A stretch of DNA of 64,000 bases, from the IMG/VR virus record IMGVR_UViG_3300030103_005513, positions 1 to 64,000 of that record; one strand, given 5' to 3'. Each line of letters starts with the position of its first letter. Positions within the stretch are counted from its first letter, which is position 1. A program made the translations under genes and the position numbers. This stretch comes from an uncultured virus (IMG/VR IMGVR_UViG_3300030103_005513). Lineage: Duplodnaviria; Heunggongvirae; Uroviricota; Caudoviricetes. This document shows, piece after piece, positions 56,242 through 64,000 of this stretch. Below the pieces are notes generated by a model that worked only from the letters and a program-made list of their open reading frames with translations, ran no database searches and was not told the origin of the DNA.

Positions 56242-57767
56242 AATACACTGTGCTCTCTCATCAAGAAATCATGGTCATGATACGTTGTATATAGTTTGGG
56301 ATGAAGACCTGTAATTTTTTTCATCTCCTTCAACAATTCATCTTTCCTATGGTATTGTTGTAGGTCACCTCTCTGTGGATGTTTCCCCCTTCTACCTACC
56401 TTATTATAATATCCAAGAGGCACACCTGATTCTTCCCTATTTTCTATTACTGACGGAAGTAATCCTGATTCTTTGAGTGCCATGTCGTATGCAATTTGAT
56501 CTCGATTACATCCTACAAGCGACCACTTGTACCATGATTCATTGAATAATTTTACATTCGGTGTCAAAGTTCTCCACACTATCGTACCAAGCGGACTACA
56601 ATATGATTTGAAATTGTATCCAGAATCTTTTAGTTCTTGTGTAAGAGTTATAGCATCGTCAAAAGAAAAGAATGCACATAAAAACCCCTCCAGTATCTCA
56701 TCATAATATGTAAATCTTGATGGGTGTCTAAGCATTGTAAATGGAAAACACCTTCTACTTTTTTCTATAAAATTTGATGTGTGTTGGTAACAAGCATCAA
56801 CCCATACTGTATGTGATCCTTCTGGAAAAAATATATGTGGATTTGCTTTGGGATAAAATGATAATCTTCTTGGACAATCTATATCTAAATCTAATTTTAT
56901 ATACTCCCATGGTTCAATGGTAGTGTCAATTGAACCATCATGAAAACAAACATACCTGACATCAGGATGATAATATTCTGATACTAGATTATCATATCCA
57001 TTTGTGATACAGGTGTACACAATTATATCTTTTGGATCAACATTATAATTCATGTTGAATGATCTTTTTGTGATGGGAAATATCTTACGCATGTCTCGTA
57101 CGATATCTGTTGATGGTGTATGTAATTTGTATGATTCTTTGTAAGATTTCATCCTACTACTTTTGTTCATATCAATAACAAGATCAACTCTATGTGCTTT
57201 CGTGACCAAAAACTCAGCGATAGAACTAGAAACTTGATCTCTGTTTACACCTTCATCATACCACTGTCTCCACACTTTGCACCACTCTATAATTTTTGAT
57301 GTCAATCTTCTCCATACCACACAATTTATTGTTTGATCATAAAACTTAAGTGGAAAATTAATTGACTTGATACGTTTACACATGTCAATAATTTCATCAC
57401 TGGTAGAAAATCCATGGTTATATAACTTCTCAAACTCCTCTACCAAAGTTCTCCTGTCAGGGTGTCTTTGTAATATAAAATCATGTTTCTCTAAGAGGTT
57501 CTTAGAATATTCAATGAGTTCATTTGATATGCTATACGATGCATCAATCCACACAGTTGAAGCACCTGATTCAAAGTAAAGGTGAGGACAATGTTTTGGA
57601 TGATAAGATTTTCTTACTGGACATTTCTCATCTATGTCTATCTTTCTATACTCCCAACCCTCTGTGTCTGGTCGATCACCATCATAAAAACAAATAAATT
57701 TTACATTAGAATTAGGGGGTGGTGCTAACTTATCATAACCATTTGTTATGGCAGTGTAGAATATCAT
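56238..57767 (-). CDS. Tandem DUF616 (TOD1/MUCI70-like) glycosyltransferase-like protein
   Basis: Two YTxITNGYD..PKxxPH..W(I/V)DA..HP..NRDQ domains. Confidence 0.75.
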   Translation of the reverse strand: MIFYTAITNGYDKLAPPPNSNVKFICFYDGDRPDTEGWEYRKIDIDEKCPVRKSYHPKHCPHLYFESGASTVWIDASYSISNELIEYSKNLLEKHDFILQRHPDRRTLVEEFEKLYNHGFSTSDEIIDMCKRIKSINFPLKFYDQTINCVVWRRLTSKIIEWCKVWRQWYDEGVNRDQVSSSIAEFLVTKAHRVDLVIDMNKSSRMKSYKESYKLHTPSTDIVRDMRKIFPITKRSFNMNYNVDPKDIIVYTCITNGYDNLVSEYYHPDVRYVCFHDGSIDTTIEPWEYIKLDLDIDCPRRLSFYPKANPHIFFPEGSHTVWVDACYQHTSNFIEKSRRCFPFTMLRHPSRFTYYDEILEGFLCAFFSFDDAITLTQELKDSGYNFKSYCSPLGTIVWRTLTPNVKLFNESWYKWSLVGCNRDQIAYDMALKESGLLPSVIENREESGVPLGYYNKVGRRGKHPQRGDLQQYHRKDELLKEMKKITGLHPKLYTTYHDHDFLMREHSVL

Positions 57768-58552
57768 CCATTCAAATTATCTTTAGGTTGCAATTTACCA
57801 GACTGCTCACCCAATATTCTATTTGTCACTTGACCTGGTTCACGAGAGAACCATCCAGTTGCTATGTATTTTGACACATCTCCTGTAAGAAAAGAACCTC
57901 TATGTACATGAGTGTATGCTGCTGGCCACAATACTATGGTGCCTTTCTTTGGTTGAAAAGATATTTCTTGATGGAAGAAATCAGTTGCTCCACCATTTTC
58001 TAAAGGGATATCATTGAGATAAATCATCCATGTCAAAACTCTATCTCTATACAGGAAACTACCATTTTCTGAATGCCATACATGGTATCCCCCACCAGAA
58101 TTAGTTTTCTGTATTTTACAAGTCCATGATGATACAGGATCTGATGCATCTAATATCCCTTTCCATTTCTTTGCATAAATTTCAAACGCTCCACCCACTG
58201 CTTGATTTACTTCCATTGCAAGAGAGGGATCACAAATCTCCAAGTATAATTGTTGATCTTTTCTACCAAAGTCACCATATTCATTAAACTGTTTGCTTCC
58301 ATCACCCAATGGAGACACACTAAGTTTTTTACCCTCCACCTCACACACTTTGACTTCTTCTACATGTTTTTTACCGTACCAAAACTCAAATGAATCTATG
58401 ATAGCATCACAAAATTCCCACTTGACAAAATTATCGAACACACCTATGGCACCATAGTCTCTCATGCCATTATAATCTGGTTGTTTATCCTCAGGTGGAA
58501 GCACTACCTTATTCGCAAATGATTGATCATAATTCACTCTTTCAATTGACAT
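57764..58552 (-). CDS. 2OG-Fe(II) oxygenase
   Basis: YHVWHSE, YLND, GGATDF, HVHRG, KYIATGW. Confidence 0.9.
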   Translation of the reverse strand: MSIERVNYDQSFANKVVLPPEDKQPDYNGMRDYGAIGVFDNFVKWEFCDAIIDSFEFWYGKKHVEEVKVCEVEGKKLSVSPLGDGSKQFNEYGDFGRKDQQLYLEICDPSLAMEVNQAVGGAFEIYAKKWKGILDASDPVSSWTCKIQKTNSGGGYHVWHSENGSFLYRDRVLTWMIYLNDIPLENGGATDFFHQEISFQPKKGTIVLWPAAYTHVHRGSFLTGDVSKYIATGWFSREPGQVTNRILGEQSGKLQPKDNLNG

Positions 58553-59354
58553 TTTGTGACTCCTGTTTGCCTTGGTTTATGTAGACCTGTGGTGGTATTC
58601 TACCACAGTATTCATCTAATTGCATCACTTCTTGTATCTTGACATCACCACCATTCTCTCTCCAAAAATCTGTGAGTGCATGGTTACTATTTTTATGAAA
58701 TATTTCTATGTGTTCTTCATGTATTGCTGAACCCATATCTAATCTATAATTGAACAATGGTGTGGCATATGACTTACCACTGTCAAGAATCAAGTCTTCG
58801 GAGACTGCTCTTGGTCTGATATTTTGGTCGATTTTCCATTGCGATCCCCTGCTGTGAAGTTTAAGGAGTTTAGTTGCATGATGACGAGTAATAAGGTAGC
58901 AAGCAGCAGAAAAGTCATTGATAAATCTGTGGTGTAATTTCAATGTTATACCATTAGGATTTATAATAGTAAGTTGTAAACAATCAAAAGCGATTGGCAC
59001 TCTACGTCTAACATCTTTCCATGTAAAATTCCAATGCCTTGCTAGTGATAAATCAACATCATCTTCCATGACAAATATTTCATCATGGTCTGTCTCTTCT
59101 ATAAAATATTTGAGTGCTGAAAGATGTGACATAACACATGCTATCTCACCATCATTCATATTAGGTGGTACAGTTCCCTTGAGATATGATTCATATTCAG
59201 CACCATCAATACCAGAGATCCTATGATGATTTTTGACATCCCAATAATCAAATTGCTCCTCCATATATTTTTTCCTGTCGGGAAACCTATCGAGATTGAT
59301 CCACAAGACAGGAGGAAAGTTTGCGAGTTTGAATAATGCCTTGTTCTTATCCAT
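58542..59354 (-). CDS. Glycosyltransferase family 25
   Basis: INLDRFPDRK, GEIACVMSH, VMEDD; start taken at MDKNK. Confidence 0.85.
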   Translation of the reverse strand: MDKNKALFKLANFPPVLWINLDRFPDRKKYMEEQFDYWDVKNHHRISGIDGAEYESYLKGTVPPNMNDGEIACVMSHLSALKYFIEETDHDEIFVMEDDVDLSLARHWNFTWKDVRRRVPIAFDCLQLTIINPNGITLKLHHRFINDFSAACYLITRHHATKLLKLHSRGSQWKIDQNIRPRAVSEDLILDSGKSYATPLFNYRLDMGSAIHEEHIEIFHKNSNHALTDFWRENGGDVKIQEVMQLDEYCGRIPPQVYINQGKQESQNVN

Positions 59355-60216
59355 TTCTCCTCTTGATATAGTCAACCTCTTCATAATATTTCAATAGAGA
59401 TTTCTTTCCTTTTACCTTAAGTTCTTCCCATAGTTTTTTATTGTCTTCACAATGTGGATTATTGAACCATGAATTTTTTGTGCGACCATGCTCAAGGTGA
59501 TATACATTTTCAGTCAATCTTGCAACACTTGATAGAAGATTGAATCTCATATGTCTTTCATCATCCTCATATCCATACGCTATAAAATTCTCGTTTTCAC
59601 CACCGAATTTTTTGTAAGTTTCAGTATCAAAAAATTGACAGAATCCATACTTAGCATCCCAATGTCTCATCCTACCATTGAATGACTCAAAATTAAATCC
59701 ACTATTCACAAAAGCAGTAGCATGTTCATCAGCAATGTGGCATTGATACTGATACTGACCATATCCATATGGATACACAACCTTTACAGGTTCGCCACCC
59801 TCTCTGTCTGGATGCACCCACCCCTTCAATATCATATTTGTTGCATTGATATAGGAGTCAACAGGTAGTATTATATCACTATCATAATTTGCAACGACTG
59901 GAGTTTTTACCAACCATAACATGTCATTGAGTATCTTTGTCCTATGAAAAGTAAACTCATCACTCTCCTCAAAAATATGAGTGATGCAATTCATCATCTC
60001 AGGTTCAAGTGCTTGCTCAAGTAATGGTTTTACATCACGTAAATATACAGATTCCTTATCAACCTCCTTGATAATAATTCTACATGCAAAATTACGAGTG
60101 AGATATATCAATGTGGTTATGATATTTCTCATGCGATCAGCAGTCTCAATTCTAAGTGGTATAATAAACGTGCACTTAGCGAGATTGAATCTATTTACTT
60201 CTTGTCCTTCAATCAT
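59347..60216 (-). CDS. GT-A glycosyltransferase (GT2/GT7C-like)
   Basis: NYDSD, GGENENFIAYGYEDDE, YHLEH. Confidence 0.8.
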   Translation of the reverse strand: MIEGQEVNRFNLAKCTFIIPLRIETADRMRNIITTLIYLTRNFACRIIIKEVDKESVYLRDVKPLLEQALEPEMMNCITHIFEESDEFTFHRTKILNDMLWLVKTPVVANYDSDIILPVDSYINATNMILKGWVHPDREGGEPVKVVYPYGYGQYQYQCHIADEHATAFVNSGFNFESFNGRMRHWDAKYGFCQFFDTETYKKFGGENENFIAYGYEDDERHMRFNLLSSVARLTENVYHLEHGRTKNSWFNNPHCEDNKKLWEELKVKGKKSLLKYYEEVDYIKRRNG

Positions 60217-60992
60217 AAGACCTCCCAGTTGTCACAGTATAAATCAGATGTGTCATGTGCTGCTGTGTAACCATGACCAAACCATTTCTTAGGTGCGATA
60301 ATTCTCTTGTCAGGATTTTTACCTAACCAAGATCCCCACCATGAGAACGATGAGTTAGCAATAATAAAATCAGAACACATACTCATCATGCACAAGTCTG
60401 CAAGATTGTCACCACCTTCTGAGATAAGGAACCTGTCATCAGTGAACTCAGTGCTACACCATTTAGGATCATCAGAAAAAATAACCACTGTGCGACGTTT
60501 ATCAAACTTTGACAATGCATTATCATAATATTCTTTAGGGCAGATTGGATGATTGTCGCAACCGTAATCACCATGTCTCACATGTAATGCGATTGGATCT
60601 TGAACAGTTGAGATCATGTCTTCACATGGTGCTTTGATTTCATTTTTGAATTCAAAGTCTTCTCTTATTTCTTTCTCTATGATATCAAAATATTTTGTGC
60701 TTTGCAAATACCCATACACATTGTGACCATCAGGCATATTATTATATAAATTCTGATCAAAATGAAAGTGTGCTTCTTGCACATAAGTGCCTGCACATAG
60801 TCCTATATTTGTAAGTCCTTTGAGTTTGAACGCCTCAAATAATTGATGATCTTGATAGGGGTCATTAAAATCACTTGATGGTATCATAAAATCATAACCA
60901 CGATGAGCAGCAATACCTCTGAGTCCAGCATACTGGAACATCTGATTACCTAGTCTTCCATGTCTTCCAAGATGGTTGAATCCTATTGTCAT
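60213..60992 (-). CDS. Glycosyltransferase family 11 (alpha-1,2-fucosyltransferase-like)
   Basis: GRLGNQMFQYA, HVRHGDY, FSDD, IANSSFSWWG. Confidence 0.9.
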   Translation of the reverse strand: MTIGFNHLGRHGRLGNQMFQYAGLRGIAAHRGYDFMIPSSDFNDPYQDHQLFEAFKLKGLTNIGLCAGTYVQEAHFHFDQNLYNNMPDGHNVYGYLQSTKYFDIIEKEIREDFEFKNEIKAPCEDMISTVQDPIALHVRHGDYGCDNHPICPKEYYDNALSKFDKRRTVVIFSDDPKWCSTEFTDDRFLISEGGDNLADLCMMSMCSDFIIANSSFSWWGSWLGKNPDKRIIAPKKWFGHGYTAAHDTSDLYCDNWEVL

Positions 60993-61666
60993 AATAAATG
61001 TTTCTTCTTCAAGTATTCAATTTCCTCTGGTATGAGGTGATCGTTTGATCTTTGAGTTTGATTTGGATGTTCTCTATTTGATATATGTATGTCCTTTAGG
61101 ACTACAGGATTTCCTAGCATTGTGTACAATCTGTAGTACATATCACAGTCCATCAGCATAATAAGATTCTCATCAAAAAATTCTCCAAGACCATTTTTGA
61201 TAGCGAGGATTGATGGAGAACTAAGAGTATTGACACCTTCCAATAATCTATCATTATATACTGGTATTTTTGGATTGTAATGTGTTCGACCATCATCAAT
61301 TGTGTGTGCAAAACCAGTGACTGCCCATCTTACACCCAAATCAAATGCCTTGTCAAGTTCTTCTGTAAGTGTAGGAGTAAGAACAAAATCATCAGAGTAC
61401 AATATTTTTATAATATCTCCCTCTGCCATCATCATCGCACTGTTTGTATTGGTTGAAATATTTCCCTCTGTCGCTTTCTTGTAAGTAATATTAAGTATAT
61501 CCCAGTAATCATTCAATGCTCTCAAAATTCTTTTCTCGTCACCCTGATGAGACACACATATCTCAAAGTCTTTGTATGTTTGATGTGCTAGGGAATAGAG
61601 TATATCAAACATGTATTGCTCACACTTTGAATGGTCATGAGTAGGAATACAATAACTTACTCTCAT
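60989..61666 (-). CDS. Glycosyltransferase family 2
   Basis: VSYCIPT, LYSDD, FDENL..MDCDMYYR; start taken at MRVSY. Confidence 0.8.
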   Translation of the reverse strand: MRVSYCIPTHDHSKCEQYMFDILYSLAHQTYKDFEICVSHQGDEKRILRALNDYWDILNITYKKATEGNISTNTNSAMMMAEGDIIKILYSDDFVLTPTLTEELDKAFDLGVRWAVTGFAHTIDDGRTHYNPKIPVYNDRLLEGVNTLSSPSILAIKNGLGEFFDENLIMLMDCDMYYRLYTMLGNPVVLKDIHISNREHPNQTQRSNDHLIPEEIEYLKKKHLL

Positions 61667-62337
61667 AGATCTAAAAGCAACTCCCATGCTTCACATCCAC
61701 TTGATCTAAGTGTATCTCTTAATTTTTGACTTAGACTTCCATGTATGTACCACTCCTCCATGGTACAAGGTCCGTTTCTTATATCTGTACCAACTAAATC
61801 ATAACCATGTAATTTGAATATTTCTCTGTGTCCATACACTTCACCCCATTGTCGATATGCATCGTGTTCATATGTCACACAGTTGAATTGTAATTGCTCG
61901 AATGGAAAGTTCCTCAATGCCTCAAGTGTATTATGTGGTGGTTCAAGATCAAAAGATAAGTAATCCATATTTCTTGGAAGACCAAGATCATCTACTGCTT
62001 TCACATAATCAAATTTCATCGCATCTGCTTCATATATTTTAGTGTTAGGACGCACACCCTCCCACTCAGCACACAGATGAGGTTCTAATTCTATCGAAAA
62101 TCCTTTCCAATTATATCCCTCCTCCAACAACCATGTGTTATTGCCTATGAATGGTAATGCACCACCAACCTCAACAAATGTACCATCAACTTTTGCATCG
62201 TTGACAACCAAAGCAAATATATCTTGCCATACTTGAGAGTAATTCTTTCTCAAGTTTTTCATACCCTCTGGTTGTATTTTTAGATATTGATAATCTTTAT
62301 GAAACCAATTGGATTGACCTTCACCACTAATCGGCAT
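61663..62337 (-). CDS. FkbM-like SAM-dependent methyltransferase
   Basis: YSQVWQD, GTFVEVG, NNTWLLE, DYLSFDLE, TYEHD. Confidence 0.75.
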   Translation of the reverse strand: MPISGEGQSNWFHKDYQYLKIQPEGMKNLRKNYSQVWQDIFALVVNDAKVDGTFVEVGGALPFIGNNTWLLEEGYNWKGFSIELEPHLCAEWEGVRPNTKIYEADAMKFDYVKAVDDLGLPRNMDYLSFDLEPPHNTLEALRNFPFEQLQFNCVTYEHDAYRQWGEVYGHREIFKLHGYDLVGTDIRNGPCTMEEWYIHGSLSQKLRDTLRSSGCEAWELLLDL

Positions 62338-63124
62338 TGTTTACATCCTCAATAATTTTACGAGTGAGTCTAGGCACTACGTCATTGTCACTATGAAATC
62401 GTTTAGCAACCTCATAGTTATGTTCTATTGCCTTCTTCCTCTTATCATAGCAGTCTGTGTCAAGTTTGCTTACAATTTTTTTCAACTCGTCAAGATCATT
62501 GAAGGTTATGATACCATCCATATGGAACCAATCGCCTATGTTAGGACAACCAAAGTATATGGGTACAGTTTTTGATGCAAAGCAATCAATTATCTTCTCA
62601 GTAAAGTAATTCTTTTGTTGAGAGTTCTCTACAGCAATATGGAACTTAGAACTTTCAAAAAAATCATTCCTTCTCTCATGAAATGGTGGTGATTTATGAG
62701 CGTAGTATTGTAGTCCATTAGAAACATCAACCTCTTTTAGGAAATCAAATATATCAAGACGTAATTTATGTCCTTTGCTTTGACTCTTCGCACTTGTCAC
62801 AAAAGATACATTGTTTGTTTTGTTTATCTTTAAGTCCTTGAAGTCTAACCAACTACTTCCCCACTCAAATAATTCTGCCTGTGGATACCTATCAATAAAA
62901 CTTTGACAGAATGTGTATATTTTATCAAACTTATATGCACATCGTAATGCTCCCTCACTTACTGTAGGTAAAATGGCAAGTGGTTCTGCTAAAAATAAAA
63001 TCTTATAATCTGCTGACTTGTCATGATCAAGATTGTCAATTGAGATGCTTACTTTTTTTTGAAAATCGAGTCCTCTGTCACCCCATGGGTTCCACCATAG
63101 TGGATAAATTCTCGCTGCTTTCAT
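62327..63124 (-). CDS. Glycosyltransferase family 10-like
   Basis: KFHIAVENS..NYFTEKIIDCF..VPIYFG. Confidence 0.8.
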   Translation of the reverse strand: MKAARIYPLWWNPWGDRGLDFQKKVSISIDNLDHDKSADYKILFLAEPLAILPTVSEGALRCAYKFDKIYTFCQSFIDRYPQAELFEWGSSWLDFKDLKINKTNNVSFVTSAKSQSKGHKLRLDIFDFLKEVDVSNGLQYYAHKSPPFHERRNDFFESSKFHIAVENSQQKNYFTEKIIDCFASKTVPIYFGCPNIGDWFHMDGIITFNDLDELKKIVSKLDTDCYDKRKKAIEHNYEVAKRFHSDNDVVPRLTRKIIEDVNNAD

Positions 63125-63789
63125 CGTATGTCTTGGAAATGATAATGAAAACCAAAGGTTTCAATACCTTTGTGTTCTGGGCACTCTACCTCTTTACTGA
63201 AGCGAGCCGCCACCTCGACGGGAGCATACACACATCCCTGTTCCTCGAAGATGTGTCGGTTATGACAGCATATGTTCCCGTCCTCATTATATAGACCTGC
63301 ATTCTGATGCTTATAAAAATTTCCTTCGTTTACTTCCCAAGGGACGGTGACTTTACTGGGGACTTCGAGAAGACGCTTGGAGCGTAGGGAAAATCCTCCA
63401 TTGCCGACACGTTGGTTTCTTCCCCACGGGTCGAGGTAGGCATTTGGATCATCTCTCCACGGTGCCCCGATATAGTCATAATGAAGGAACTTATCATCCC
63501 AAAGATGAGGACGTAAAACGTAGCCGTCAGGGTGAATGAGAAGGCAGTGCGAGGTCCTGACGTGATTAGTAAGATTATAGATGCAATAAAAATTAAAGTC
63601 ATTGATGCTTTGTATAGGATAAGTTTTCTCATAGGTAACCTGATCACAAAGTCCATCAGGTTTCTTGCTACCTAAAAACTTAGCAGCACCCCACTCTATA
63701 GATTCACATGATTTATTTATTGCGTAGACTGCATCTGGCAGGTCTAAATCTGCCAACATCAGCAGGGTGACATCAGGTATTTTTAGCAC
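63121..63789 (-). CDS. DUF5672-like glycosyltransferase-related protein
   Basis: LLIHPDG, YDYIGAPW, VGNGGFSLRSK, NED, FGFH. Confidence 0.75.
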   Translation of the reverse strand: MLKIPDVTLLMLADLDLPDAVYAINKSCESIEWGAAKFLGSKKPDGLCDQVTYEKTYPIQSINDFNFYCIYNLTNHVRTSHCLLIHPDGYVLRPHLWDDKFLHYDYIGAPWRDDPNAYLDPWGRNQRVGNGGFSLRSKRLLEVPSKVTVPWEVNEGNFYKHQNAGLYNEDGNICCHNRHIFEEQGCVYAPVEVAARFSKEVECPEHKGIETFGFHYHFQDIR

Positions 63790-64000
63790 GGTTTACCGAC
63801 CTGTTGAATAGACTATACAAGTCTAACATATTGATATCTAAATTTCTACTTTGTATAAACAAGTCATCATTCTCTGCTAACAAAGTTTTATTTACATCAG
63901 CATAATCATCCACCCACAATATAGGATATTCTTTATAGCACTCTTGCAAATAAGAATTTTTTTTCATTATAGGTACACGTTTTAATAATAAGACTTCCCA
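63773..64000 (-). CDS. Partial CDS, possibly exostosin-like glycosyltransferase C-terminus
   Basis: Frame enters from the window edge: WEVLLLKRVPIMKK..YPILWVDDY. Confidence 0.45.
   Translation of the reverse strand, partial: WEVLLLKRVPIMKKNSYLQECYKEYPILWVDDYADVNKTLLAENDDLFIQSRNLDINMLDLYSLFNRSVNRAKNT

Noticed and set aside
60386..60574. Alternate-frame hydrophobic ORF within GT11
   Set aside because: Short, with no compositional anomaly noticed; expected by chance from T-ending codons

Overview
This window is part of a T4-like marine cyanomyovirus genome, most likely infecting Prochlorococcus (AT-rich, psbA, cp12, phoH, thyX, T4-type gp2/4/5/26/32/33/48/51/53/59, TATAAATA late promoters). 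Layout: (1) 1-5283, a plus-strand island with five paralogous sulfotransferase-like unknowns, kdsB, a GmhA-like SIS protein and a HAD phosphatase; (2) 5.2-24 kb, tail fibre and virion genes with modular repeats; (3) 24-36 kb, baseplate and head-completion genes with cp12 embedded; (4) 36-51 kb, core replication/transcription genes interrupted by SGNH-like proteins (one frameshifted), a radical SAM pair, a split carbamoyltransferase set next to thyX, and a tandem glutamine-riboswitch-like leader on a DUF4278 peptide; (5) an amidinotransferase and psbA with a PhotoRC-II-like leader; (6) 53.5-64 kb, a glycosyltransferase-rich island. All calls come from motif recognition by eye; no database searches were run. 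No tRNA, CRISPR array, integrase or reverse transcriptase was seen. There is one 10-N gap at 30444-30453.
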